From a virus (taxonomy: Duplodnaviria > Caudoviricetes), in the IMG/VR virus record IMGVR_UViG_3300033121_001789, positions 32,001 through 96,000 of that record: a stretch of 64,000 nucleotides of DNA. One strand, given 5' to 3'. Under the pieces are notes generated by a model that ran no database searches, was not told the origin of the DNA, and was given only the letters and a program-made list of their open reading frames with translations. The translations under genes and the position numbers were made by a program. Of this stretch, positions 1-9,756 are shown piece after piece; within the stretch, counting starts at the first letter, position 1, and each line of letters begins with the position of its first letter.

Positions 1-277
1 ATAAATATCCATAAATACCAGCTGATGTAATTACCATTAGAACGAATATAGCAACAAAATAGTACGCCTTTAAATATCTATTTAATTTGTTCCAATATTG
101 ATATAAAAGTGATGCTATAATGAGCTTAGCTATTTCCAATGAAGACATCATAATCATAACATTAACACTTGATCCTGAAAACATCTTTCCAATCCCGGTA
201 ACAGAATAAAAAGCTGCCGATAAGGAAACAGATAAAGCTGATATTACAACTAAATATGGTAGTACTTTTTTTTCCAT
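1..277 (-). CDS. Membrane protein, runs off the left edge (MEKKVLPYLVVIISALSVSLSAAFYSVTGIGKMFSG...ITSAGIYGYL)
   Basis: Manual translation: ATG at 277 overlaps the TAA of the upstream ORF; frame open to position 1; several hydrophobic helices. Confidence 0.75.
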   Translation of the reverse strand, partial: MEKKVLPYLVVISALSVSLSAAFYSVTGIGKMFSGSSVNVMIMMSSLEIAKLIIASLLYQYWNKLNRYLKAYYFVAIFVLMVITSAGIYGYL

Positions 278-615
278 TAATTAATCTTTATTTTCTGTAA
301 AATTGGAAATAACTCATCAGCAGCACACTCATCTCCATCCTTTAATATGACCAAAGTATCTTCTGGACTTATTTTATAAGATAAATCTTCCAAATTAACA
401 TGGTCAAATTTACCTAATCTAACACCAAAAGGGTCATTTTGATTATACTTGTTAGGTATTATTATATAATCTAAATTAGAGTATTCATCACATACACCAT
501 CCTCGTCTAATTTAGATTTATCTATTTTAAAAGATTTATCAATTTTATACAAAAAACCATTCAATTCAAAACTATCATTAGATGTTTTCATTGAAATCAG
601 TGAATTTTTTAACAT
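277..615 (-). CDS. Hypothetical protein
   Basis: 112 aa ORF, co-directional and tightly packed with neighbours. Confidence 0.6.
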   Translation of the reverse strand: MLKNSLISMKTSNDSFELNGFLYKIDKSFKIDKSKLDEDGVCDEYSNLDYIIIPNKYNQNDPFGVRLGKFDHVNLEDLSYKISPEDTLVILKDGDECAADELFPILQKIKIN

Positions 616-640
616 TTCTCATTCTATTCTATTATTTTTA

Positions 641-1819
641 CTATATATTAATATATGTTTGTTTTTTATCAGACTCGACAAATAAGTTCCATTTTCTACC
701 ATCAGAAAATGGAGTAATATCTATATCCTCATCATGACTATTTTTCCAAATTGAATGTCTTATGGCAATAAATCTATCATAGTCGATATCATAAACTAAA
801 TAATATCCACTAATTTTCATTCCACCATACATATTGACATAATTATCAACATTATTATGACAATTGTTTTCTAAACAATTCGGCTTAACATTTAATTTGA
901 TCTTTACAGGAATTTTACCAAATAGTTCTAAAACCTTAGAAAAATCATCTGATTTTTTTGGTAATCTGTAATTAGATATTAGTTTTTTTGGCAATTTAAG
1001 CAGATATTCACCAACTATACTTTCGATATTATCAAAATCATAGTAGGCAATTCTTAATAAATTTATTCCCACACTTTGACAAAAGTAGTTTTTCTTACAA
1101 TCATTTTCCTTTAAAATCTTAAACGATTCTAATCCACCCCAAACTTCAACCGGTTCAAAATGTTGTTTACCATCATACTCTATACATAAATTATAATCTG
1201 GTAAATAAAAATCAATTGGTAAATAGTTTTGATTTTTCAATCCTTCAAATTTCTTTTGATATTCATATTGAATTTTATTATCAATTAAATACTTCATTAT
1301 TCTCTCCTCACCTTTAGAAGATTTACACTTTGGACAACCTTGATTCTGATAGTGCGAAAAAGGTTCTTGTAAAAAAGAACCATGCTTCTTACAAATAATT
1401 TCTACATTTTCTCTTATAGATTTAAAATTAACTAATGAATAATCATACCTATCACCATGAACTTCTCTGAATTTATCTAAAACAGATTCTTGAGTGTGTT
1501 TTTCACATTCTGAACATTTTCTACATCCAGAACCTAAGATATGATTATAAGCATTTTGTTCAAATTCACCGTGTTCGGGACAAATTATAATAACATCAGA
1601 TTTAACAGAAACAAAATTAACTTTTGAATAGTCATATTTTGAATTGTGAACTTTATTAGATTCCATGATAAAACTTTCAATTGATTTGAAATCTCTTAAA
1701 AACTCACCATGATCCGGACAAATTATTCTAACTTTAATATCAGACCTTTTATATTCAACAAGTGAATAATCAAATCTATTTTTGTGAATTTTTTCACAAT
1801 TTTCTATAAATTTTAACAT
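641..1819 (-). CDS. Free-standing homing-type endonuclease (repeated YDYS..IICxxHGxF..GCxxC modules plus PD-(D/E)xK/Vsr-like domain) with extra C-terminal domain
   Basis: Three CPxHGEF-type repeats, then LPIDFY...CIEYDGKQHF; paralogous to 31187-32101. Confidence 0.75.
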   Translation of the reverse strand: MLKFIENCEKIHKNRFDYSLVEYKRSDIKVRIICPDHGEFLRDFKSIESFIMESNKVHNSKYDYSKVNFVSVKSDVIIICPEHGEFEQNAYNHILGSGCRKCSECEKHTQESVLDKFREVHGDRYDYSLVNFKSIRENVEIICKKHGSFLQEPFSHYQNQGCPKCKSSKGEERIMKYLIDNKIQYEYQKKFEGLKNQNYLPIDFYLPDYNLCIEYDGKQHFEPVEVWGGLESFKILKENDCKKNYFCQSVGINLLRIAYYDFDNIESIVGEYLLKLPKKLISNYRLPKKSDDFSKVLELFGKIPVKIKLNVKPNCLENNCHNNVDNYVNMYGGMKISGYYLVYDIDYDRFIAIRHSIWKNSHDEDIDITPFSDGRKWNLFVESDKKQTYINI

Positions 1820-1858
1820 ATTTTATATTAAAATACAAGTTGCTCCTCAAGGTTTTTA

Positions 1859-2947
1859 TTAAAAGGAAAATTCATCCCAAGACTCTTCATCAACATCTTG
1901 CTTAAATGAACCCGAAATGTAACTTTGAATTTGGGTCTGCTGTGGTGAGTTTTGCACCTGTGTAGAACCACCAGTCCAAACATTAATCCAACTAATTGGG
2001 TTTTGTATTTTATCAAAAATTGGATCAAATCCAATAATTTTCATTCTATTATTCGTAAGCCACTTCATATATTGAATTAGTATTTCAGCATTCAATCCTA
2101 TCATAGATCCATCCTTAAAAAGATACTCTGCCCACTCCATTTCTTCCTTAGCCGCATCCTCATACATTTTTATAACAATATCCTCACAATCATCAACTAT
2201 TTTTTGAAACCCTTCCTCCCAATCTTCTTTCATTTGTTTTAAAATAAAAGAGGTAAATCCCATGTGTAAATTTTCATCTCTGTTAATAAGAGATATTATT
2301 TTGGCATTTCCTTCCATTTTCTTGTTTTGCGCGAAGCAATATGAACAAGCGAAGCTTACATAAAATCTAATTCCCTCAAGTATATTAATGGAAACCAAAG
2401 TTAAATATAATTTTTTCTTCTTATCATATTCACTATCTTCCGGAATTGAATTAATCAATTCATCATAATAATGAGTGACCGATGAGGCTCTTTTTAGAAT
2501 TTCTTCATCTTTCATTATTGAATCAAAAACATCACTCGGGTTTGAATAAATATTCTTTATTATGTAAGTATATGAATATGAATGTAGTGTCTCAAAAAAT
2601 TCCCAGGTTTTTGAAAATAATTCAACTTCTTGATTAGAGCAATATTCTAATAAATTAGATATTCCACGACTTTGTACAGAGTCTAATAGAATTTGATACC
2701 CGAGATTTTTTGTGAAAATAAATTTTTCATGTTCTGTCAAAGATTGAAAATCACCCTTATCTTTAGATAGGTTAACCTCCTCGGGTCTCCAAAAGTAGGA
2801 AATATGTTGCTTAAACATATTAAATATTTTCTCATAACGGAACTTGTCATACCTTTGGATACTCATCGAGGCAGAACCGAAAAAAAGGGGTGATTTAGTA
2901 AAATCGAGATCAGGTGATGTGTTTAATATATGTTTCATTTTATTCAT
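1859..2947 (-). CDS. nrdB: Ribonucleotide reductase class Ia beta subunit
   Basis: FWRPEEV, LDSVQ, ETLHSYSY, LEGIRFYVSF, RDENLH di-iron motifs; likely ATG at 2947. Confidence 0.97.
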   Translation of the reverse strand: MNKMKHILNTSPDLDFTKSPLFFGSASMSIQRYDKFRYEKIFNMFKQHISYFWRPEEVNLSKDKGDFQSLTEHEKFIFTKNLGYQILLDSVQSRGISNLLEYCSNQEVELFSKTWEFFETLHSYSYTYIIKNIYSNPSDVFDSIMKDEEILKRASSVTHYYDELINSIPEDSEYDKKKKLYLTLVSINILEGIRFYVSFACSYCFAQNKKMEGNAKIISLINRDENLHMGFTSFILKQMKEDWEEGFQKIVDDCEDIVIKMYEDAAKEEMEWAEYLFKDGSMIGLNAEILIQYMKWLTNNRMKIIGFDPIFDKIQNPISWINVWTGGSTQVQNSPQQTQIQSYISGSFKQDVDEESWDEFSF

Positions 2948-2952
2948 TTTTA

Positions 2953-4164
2953 TCAATTAATTTGTTTCTTTTGTATATAAAAATTATTAAAAAGTTTCGT
3001 CTCAAAACTTCCAAACACCTTTTTATACTTATGTAATGTTATACCAATAAACTCACACAAATCTTTTCTACTAATAATTTCAGTTTCAATACCTGTGTCT
3101 AAGTCTTTTACAACAAATCTAAGACATTTGACTTCTCTTAGACTCTTATTTCTTTTATTTACAAAATCAATATCATTTTTATATTTTTCTGACATTGTTT
3201 TAGATTTTTTCTCTAATATTTTAGAAAGTTGTTCATCAGAAAACTCACTCCACATCTTTTTACTATTATCAGATACTTTATCCAAGAATTTATAATACTT
3301 TTCAACTAATTTAGATTCTTCATCTGATAATATTTCATTATTCTCACTTTTATTTAAAGCATTTTTAACTTTTTGACGATGTTCATTAGATGAATCTAAC
3401 ATTTTACTTAATAGGTAATCCCTATAATTTTTTTGAGTTTTATTATTCATTAAATTTGTCCAATATTCTCTCTTAGATTCAGAAATTCCATTTTTTTCAA
3501 CATTTGATAAGTTTTTCCAATATTCCTTTTTAGATTCTGAAATTTCTTTTTTCTTATCATCTGATAAATTTGCCCAATATCTTTTATTAGATTCTCTTAT
3601 TTTATTAATAATCTCATCATATCTATCATCATCTAAATTTGCCCAAAACTTCTTAGTATTTTCAGAATAATCAAAATTGTTATTAATAAGACCTTCTGAT
3701 ATATTTTTACATCTTTCCTTATATTCTTCGTCTGTAAGTTGCCATCCTTTTTTGGATGCTTCGGATTTTAATTTTTTAAGATTCTTTAAATCATCATCAC
3801 TAATATTTGAAATCTTTCTATTCCATGCCTTCTTATTGGCATTTGATAGAAAATTAAAAATTTCTTCTTTCTCTTCTTCACTTTTATTTGAATATATCTT
3901 TAGTCCTTTACCACCCGAACATAAATTATATCCAATATTTTTATCAGTAGAATTATACTTTTCAATCCAGTAAATTTCTTTTTCATTTAATTCATCAACT
4001 GAATCAGCTACATCAATTACTTCTTTCAGAAAATTTTCTTTACCATGTTTTTCTATAGCATTTTTCAAGAAAACACCAGAACCCAAATATTTAGGATCAT
4101 TATTTATACTTTGACCGATGTATATTTTACCATTAATCAAATTAGTCGTTTTGTAAATAATCAT
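2953..4164 (-). CDS. GIY-YIG homing endonuclease with repetitive C-terminal DNA-binding region
   Basis: MIIYKTTNLINGKIYIGQ...YLGSG...E...GYNL; repeated ISESKKEYW-like units. Confidence 0.88.
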   Translation of the reverse strand: MIIYKTTNLINGKIYIGQSINNDPKYLGSGVFLKNAIEKHGKENFLKEVIDVADSVDELNEKEIYWIEKYNSTDKNIGYNLCSGGKGLKIYSNKSEEEKEEIFNFLSNANKKAWNRKISNISDDDLKNLKKLKSEASKKGWQLTDEEYKERCKNISEGLINNNFDYSENTKKFWANLDDDRYDEIINKIRESNKRYWANLSDDKKKEISESKKEYWKNLSNVEKNGISESKREYWTNLMNNKTQKNYRDYLLSKMLDSSNEHRQKVKNALNKSENNEILSDEESKLVEKYYKFLDKVSDNSKKMWSEFSDEQLSKILEKKSKTMSEKYKNDIDFVNKRNKSLREVKCLRFVVKDLDTGIETEIISRKDLCEFIGITLHKYKKVFGSFETKLFNNFYIQKKQIN

Positions 4165-4272
4165 AATGTTGTTTTTTCTTTTATATATTAAAAGAAAAAT
4201 ATGAAAAAAGTATAAAAATGATAGTTTTTGACTTTTTGAATATAATATATACTATAAAATGAAAAGTTAAAA

Positions 4273-4434
4273 ATGGAAAAGAGTAAAAAACAATTATGTA
4301 TATCTCTTGATAGAAAGTTATTCGACTTAATTGAGAAGAAATTTGATAATAGGTCGAAGTATATTGAATGGTTAATCTATCAAGATATGATAAAGAATAG
4401 TAATGATGAAAAAGTCAAAAAGATACTAATCTAA
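4273..4434 (+). CDS. Small ribbon-helix-helix DNA-binding protein (53 aa, not in ORF track)
   Basis: MEKSKKQLCISLDRKLFDLIEKKFDNRSKYIEWLIYQDM...; beta-alpha-alpha pattern; similar to 5829-6014. Confidence 0.7.
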   Translation: MEKSKKQLCISLDRKLFDLIEKKFDNRSKYIEWLIYQDMIKNSNDEKVKKILI

Positions 4435-4458
4435 TTAGTGAAAAAATAATATAAGTAT

Positions 4459-5259
4459 ATGGCAAGAAATAAGAAACATGAAAATGATAAATTTTACACC
4501 AAGCCACAAGTTGTTGATGAAATAATTTCTATTGTGGATGTAAGCGAATATGATTATATAATAGAGCCATCCGCTGGAAACGGATCTTTTTATAACAAAA
4601 TAAATTCAACTAACAAAGTAGGAATAGACTTAGTTCCAGAATGTTCGGAAATAATTCAATGCGACTGGTTTGATTTTAAACTAGACAAAGAATATAAAAA
4701 AATACTTGTAATTGGTAATCCACCGTTTGGGAAACAAGGATCATTGGCATTAAAATTTATCAAAAAGTGTGTGGATTTGAGAGTGGATACGATAGCTTTC
4801 ATACTTCCTAAATCATTCAAAAAGGATTCACTAAAAAATAAAATCCCACTTAATTATCATTTGATTAAGGAAATTGACCTACCAGATGATTCATTTACAC
4901 TCATGGGAAAGAGCTACTCTGTTCCTTGTGTATTTCAACTATGGAAAATATCTGAAACATCTCGAGCTATTTCGACTAGGAAGACTACTACAAAAATATT
5001 TGAGTTTGTGAAGAAAAATGAAAATCCGACAATTGCATTCAGAAGAGTAGGATTTTATGCAGGTAAAATATATACTGATTATACTTCAAAGTCGGAACAA
5101 TCACACTATTTTATCAAATGTGATAAGATAATATCAGATATAATTGAAAACTTAAAATGGGATCATAATAACACGGCTGGACCAAGAAGCATTGGAAAGT
5201 CAGAACTAATTGAAAAAGTTGAGAAGGTTATTTCCAATCAAGCAAAAGATTGTCTTTAA
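4459..5259 (+). CDS. Amino (N6-adenine-type) DNA methyltransferase, gamma motif order
   Basis: FYT..., motif I IEPSAGNGSF, motif IV GNPPF, AFILP. Confidence 0.88.
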   Translation: MARNKKHENDKFYTKPQVVDEIISIVDVSEYDYIIEPSAGNGSFYNKINSTNKVGIDLVPECSEIIQCDWFDFKLDKEYKKILVIGNPPFGKQGSLALKFIKKCVDLRVDTIAFILPKSFKKDSLKNKIPLNYHLIKEIDLPDDSFTLMGKSYSVPCVFQLWKISETSRAISTRKTTTKIFEFVKKNENPTIAFRRVGFYAGKIYTDYTSKSEQSHYFIKCDKIISDIIENLKWDHNNTAGPRSIGKSELIEKVEKVISNQAKDCL

Positions 5260-5764
5260 TAACAAATTTTATAAAGTTATTTTTAGTTATACCACATTGT
5301 ATTCTTTTTTGCTTTTTGTGATCTCTCTTAAATCTCAAAGATATTATCGAGTCACCATACAAATTTGAATATTTTTCTCTAAATTCTCTCCAAATTTGAT
5401 CATCCTTTCTATCATTTGATATTAACTTCATATCATTTATCATAGATTCGATTATGGTTTTATCACCAAAATAACTTTGCCAAATATCAGACTTTATTAA
5501 AACCTTATACTCTTCAACAATATTGCTTTTAGATTTCTCCCAAAATCCAACATAAAGTATGAAATCTTGATCTACCTGTGTTTGTCTTCTGAAATCACCA
5601 AAGTCAATACTACCTTTCACTGAAATACACTTTATTGAGGCAGGCAAATTAGTACTTGTACAGACTGCGTCCCATTTACCTGTGTAATTAACATCTTCTT
5701 TAAGAAGTTCTCTTTGAATAATCTTTGATTGATAGTTAAATCCATGTATCTGTCTTTCAGCCAT
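5228..5764 (-). CDS. Putative PD-(D/E)xK restriction-type endonuclease, convergent with the MTase
   Basis: HGFNYQ...WDA...SIK pattern and adjacency to the MTase; weak motif evidence. Confidence 0.5.
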   Translation of the reverse strand: MAERQIHGFNYQSKIIQRELLKEDVNYTGKWDAVCTSTNLPASIKCISVKGSIDFGDFRRQTQVDQDFILYVGFWEKSKSNIVEEYKVLIKSDIWQSYFGDKTIIESMINDMKLISNDRKDDQIWREFREKYSNLYGDSIISLRFKRDHKKQKRIQCGITKNNFIKFVIKDNLLLDWK

Positions 5765-5828
5765 TTTATAAGTTTTAGTTTTTACTATATCAAAAAGTGG
5801 GTTAAAAGTTTATAAAACAAAAAAAACA

Positions 5829-6014
5829 CTAAAAGTCCTTTTTAGTGTCTTCCCCTCTCTCATTCATATCCCTACGAATAAGGTTTTCGATATATTTTGA
5901 TTTATTTTTGACCTTGTTGGTGTCTAAATAGTTCTCAAATATATCAAGTAATTCCTCATCTAATGTTAGAGAAAAGCTCTTTTTCTTTTTCTCTTCTGGT
6001 AATTTATGTCTCAT
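5829..6014 (-). CDS. Small ribbon-helix-helix DNA-binding protein
   Basis: KSFSLTLDEELLDIFENY...NKSKYIENLIRRDM; paralog of 4273-4434. Confidence 0.7.
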   Translation of the reverse strand: MRHKLPEEKKKKSFSLTLDEELLDIFENYLDTNKVKNKSKYIENLIRRDMNERGEDTKKDF

Positions 6015-6025
6015 TTTTTTCTTAA

Positions 6026-6403
6026 TTATTTTAAACTCATAAACGCAAGTATAGCACCAATAGTTAAATAAAAAATATTAACCAAATATCTTTGGTTTTC
6101 AGAATTTTGAATCCATAAGGAATTATTCAAGTATAGAAATTTTATCTTATCTATTCCAGATAGATTAATAAAATATGTGTTTCCCATAAAATCTTCTATT
6201 ATAAATACATCTTTGGGATTAATATTAATACCATTATTTTTAATAAATGGTTGTCCAGGTCTTTTTATTGAAAAAGAGTTTGGTCTATTACTATTTTTAA
6301 CAACCCACCCATAAGAGTTTATTTCTACATCAATTGATGATCCATTTCCTATATCACCAGTATTATTAGACAGAGGTGAGTATGCTTTAGTTTTTATCTT
6401 CAT
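6026..6403 (-). CDS. Hypothetical protein with C-terminal transmembrane segment
   Basis: 125 aa ORF with hydrophobic C-terminus. Confidence 0.55.
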   Translation of the reverse strand: MKIKTKAYSPLSNNTGDIGNGSSIDVEINSYGWVVKNSNRPNSFSIKRPGQPFIKNNGININPKDVFIIEDFMGNTYFINLSGIDKIKFLYLNNSLWIQNSENQRYLVNIFYLTIGAILAFMSLK

Positions 6404-6417
6404 ATCTTTTATTTTTT

Positions 6418-8727
6418 TTATAATGTGCAGGCACCGCTCTCACATCCATTCCCCATCGCATCTAAATCGTCAGATTTTTTATCATCAGTGTTAGCATAAT
6501 AAAGAGTTTTCAAACCATATTTGTAAGCGTAAAGAATATCTTTAATAACTCCACCAATTGAAATACCATCATTGGAATATTGGTAATAATGATTGGCTGA
6601 GATTGATTGATCAATCCACTTTTGGATTACTGCGCATATATTGGTATATCCGCGATTATCTGGCATATCAAACGCTAACTCATACTTATTCTTTAACTTA
6701 ATACATTCTGGAGCAACTTGTTTAACTAATCCAGATTTGGACTTCTTTGTAATAACAAGAGATCTAATAGGCTCGATGCCGTTTGTTGCTGACTGTACTA
6801 CTGCGGACGATTCTGCCGGCATTATAGCAGTTAATACTGAATTTCTTAATCCAAATTCTTCAATATCTTTTCTTAAAGCTTCCCAATCACAAGAATTGTC
6901 TCTCTTAATTAGTTCATCAACATTTTTGTTATAACGATCAACTGGAAGAACCCCTTTTGAATATGTAGTCTTATCATACCACTCACATTTACCAAACTCT
7001 TGAGCCAATTTATTAGAAGCCTTCAATAAAGAAAACTGAATGTGTTCAAACAATTCATCAACATAGAAAAGAGCTTCTTTATCAGAATATTTAATACCTT
7101 GCTTAGCTAACCAATAAGCAAAATTGGTAACACCAACACCAATACTTCTACGCTTTAACATTTTCTTAGCTGCATTGATTGGATAATCTTGATTTTCAAT
7201 TACATATTCAAGAATTCTAACAATATATTCAGCTACTTTGTAAAGTTCATTCCAAGATTTGATATTACCCAAATTGAAAGCTGCTAAAGTACAAAGAGCA
7301 ATCTCACCATTTGACAGGTGTTCTGTTTCCTTATTATCATCAACATCATATATTGACTCTATTGGTGAAGTATTAAGGCAAATTTCCACACAGAGATTCG
7401 ACATCTTAACCCTCTCAATAAAAGGTGAGTTGTTAGCATTGTCAATATTCATAACATACATTCTACCAGTTCCAATTCTTTCTTGTGCGAAAGCATTCAT
7501 CAAATCACGAGATTTGATTGTTTTTCTTGGTATCTTTTTATCTGATTCATATCTTAGATACATCTCTTCAAATTGCGGAAGGCCAAAAACATCATAGAGA
7601 CCAGGGACATCAGATGGCGAGAAAAGTGAAATATCACCATTTGAAACAAACCTGGAATAAAATAATTTTTCAAATTGAATACCGTAGTCCATGTGTCTTA
7701 CACGGTTATCATCAGTTCCCTTATTGTTTTTTAATACCAAAACGTCCTCGATTTCTTTGTGCCACCAAGGAAAATAAAGAGTCGCAGAACCCTTTCTAAT
7801 TCCCCCTTGTGAGCAAGAGTGTAATGTTGATTGAAACATTTTAAAAAACGGTATAACACCCGTATGCACAACTTCACCATTCCTGACTTTGGATCCCAAA
7901 GCTCTAATTGATCCTACATTAATTCCAATCCCGGCTCTCTTAGCAACATACTGTCCGATAGCAACATTTCCATAAAAAATAGAATCCAAAGAATCTCCTA
8001 TTTCTATTAAAGTACAACTTGAAAACTGCCTGTTCGGGGTTCTAATTCCAGCCATTATTGGAGTAGGTAATGATATTTTATGCTCTGATATTAAATCATA
8101 TAAATCTTTAACATAATCCATCCTACCATCTTTGTCATAATCAGCAAAAACTGTTAATGATATCATCATAAAACAGAATTGTGGAGTTTCATACGTCTTA
8201 TTTGTACTTCTATCTTTAACCAAATATTTATCTATCAACTGTTGTAATCCAGCATATGTAAGCTCGTAATCTCTATCATGTTTAATAAATGAATCTGCTT
8301 TATCCAATTCCTCTTTAGAATATTTGTCTAATATGATTTTATCATATAGATCGAGTTTAATATTTCGGTTAATCACATCTATTAATGATGGCATTTGAAA
8401 TTTTGTTTCAAATATTTCCTTTCTTAGTAAATAATTAAGAAGATTAGATGCCACAAATTGATAATTAGGACTTCTCTCACTTATTAGATCAACAGCTGAC
8501 TGTATCAATACTTTATGAATTTCTGACGTTTTTATCCCAGGATAAAATTGTATATGTGCATTCATCGCAACATCTGATGCAGAAACACTACTTAATCCAT
8601 TTGTTGCCCATAATAAAACTTTATTTATTTTTTCAGCATTAAAGCTCTCCGATCCACCATTTCTTTTCTTAACAACTATCGTATTTGATTTTGTTTTTTT
8701 TAATTCCTTAGCTATAATTTCGTCCAT
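6418..8727 (-). CDS. nrdA: Ribonucleotide reductase class Ia alpha subunit with ATP cone
   Basis: VVKKRNG ATP cone, PTPIMAG, SSC, SNLCVEI, MPAESSA, GLKTLYY, C-terminal CESGAC. Confidence 0.98.
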   Translation of the reverse strand: MDEIIAKELKKTKSNTIVVKKRNGGSESFNAEKINKVLLWATNGLSSVSASDVAMNAHIQFYPGIKTSEIHKVLIQSAVDLISERSPNYQFVASNLLNYLLRKEIFETKFQMPSLIDVINRNIKLDLYDKIILDKYSKEELDKADSFIKHDRDYELTYAGLQQLIDKYLVKDRSTNKTYETPQFCFMMISLTVFADYDKDGRMDYVKDLYDLISEHKISLPTPIMAGIRTPNRQFSSCTLIEIGDSLDSIFYGNVAIGQYVAKRAGIGINVGSIRALGSKVRNGEVVHTGVIPFFKMFQSTLHSCSQGGIRKGSATLYFPWWHKEIEDVLVLKNNKGTDDNRVRHMDYGIQFEKLFYSRFVSNGDISLFSPSDVPGLYDVFGLPQFEEMYLRYESDKKIPRKTIKSRDLMNAFAQERIGTGRMYVMNIDNANNSPFIERVKMSNLCVEICLNTSPIESIYDVDDNKETEHLSNGEIALCTLAAFNLGNIKSWNELYKVAEYIVRILEYVIENQDYPINAAKKMLKRRSIGVGVTNFAYWLAKQGIKYSDKEALFYVDELFEHIQFSLLKASNKLAQEFGKCEWYDKTTYSKGVLPVDRYNKNVDELIKRDNSCDWEALRKDIEEFGLRNSVLTAIMPAESSAVVQSATNGIEPIRSLVITKKSKSGLVKQVAPECIKLKNKYELAFDMPDNRGYTNICAVIQKWIDQSISANHYYQYSNDGISIGGVIKDILYAYKYGLKTLYYANTDDKKSDDLDAMGNGCESGACTL

Positions 8728-8800
8728 ATTTTTTTAAATTTTTTTGTTAGGAATTATATATTGACACATACCAATACAAGAATTCCTGATTCTTGATTTT

Positions 8801-9739
8801 TTAAAGAAAATCGATATTATCCAATTTATTTAAATTATGTTTAAATTTTGTATTATTTAATATCTTGGTAATGAATGATATATGCACATCATAAATATTT
8901 TCATATGAATCTATCTTAAAATGAGATGTCTCATAATTTGTTTCAATAACAACTCCAGTAAATAATTTTAGATCTCCAATAATATCCAAATGTTCAAATT
9001 CAACCTCAGTACCCAAATGTATATTTCGATTGGTTATTTCTTTAGAATTTGTATTTCTACCTATATGATCTTGCAATTCTATAATTATTAAATTTCTCCA
9101 TTTATTATCCAACAGTTTAAACATATTAAATAAATTATCGGAAAAATAAACTGATAATTCGTTAAAAAGTTCAACATTGGTAAATCTTTCTGACACCAAT
9201 TCATTACTTAGTAATAAGTAGTAGTTATTAAAATCTACTCTTGATGGCTTTCTTCTATTATTAAGAAAATTTATTGTTGTCTTATTAGAAAGAACCTCAT
9301 ATACTTTTTCCTTTATTCTTTTTTGTCTCAAATAAGACTCATTTTCATAAGACTCAGTATAAAATATAGATCCTTTATCAACTTCAAACTTCTCATTAAA
9401 AAATGAAGTAGTTGGATCAGCGTCATCTATCATCTCATCCTTTTTACCCTTAAATATTGAATCATATTTCAAAGAGTGTTTTCCTTGTAGTTTATGTTTA
9501 GATAAAACAATATCATCCGACTCTGGATCAGCAATCGATTCATCATCAATTGGTTTATCAATAATTGATTCGTCCGATACCTCAATAATAATATCTATAT
9601 TATCATCATCCTCACTAATAATAACAGAGTCTTCAATAGGATCTTCATCAATAGTATCCTCTATTGGTGTATCAAATGATTCTATATTATCATCATCCTC
9701 TGGCATAAAGTCATCATCATCCAATTTTCTTTTTGACAT
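8801..9739 (-). CDS. Hypothetical protein with highly acidic N-terminus
   Basis: 312 aa ORF between helicase and nrdA. Confidence 0.65.
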   Translation of the reverse strand: MSKRKLDDDDFMPEDDDNIESFDTPIEDTIDEDPIEDSVIISEDDDNIDIIIEVSDESIIDKPIDDESIADPESDDIVLSKHKLQGKHSLKYDSIFKGKKDEMIDDADPTTSFFNEKFEVDKGSIFYTESYENESYLRQKRIKEKVYEVLSNKTTINFLNNRRKPSRVDFNNYYLLLSNELVSERFTNVELFNELSVYFSDNLFNMFKLLDNKWRNLIIIELQDHIGRNTNSKEITNRNIHLGTEVEFEHLDIIGDLKLFTGVVIETNYETSHFKIDSYENIYDVHISFITKILNNTKFKHNLNKLDNIDFL

Positions 9740-9756
9740 TTGTGTTTTTTTATTTT

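Noticed and set aside
1859-8727. Group I introns in nrdA/nrdB (and thyA at 19127-20242)
   Set aside because: All three genes are uninterrupted; the neighbouring endonucleases are free-standing.
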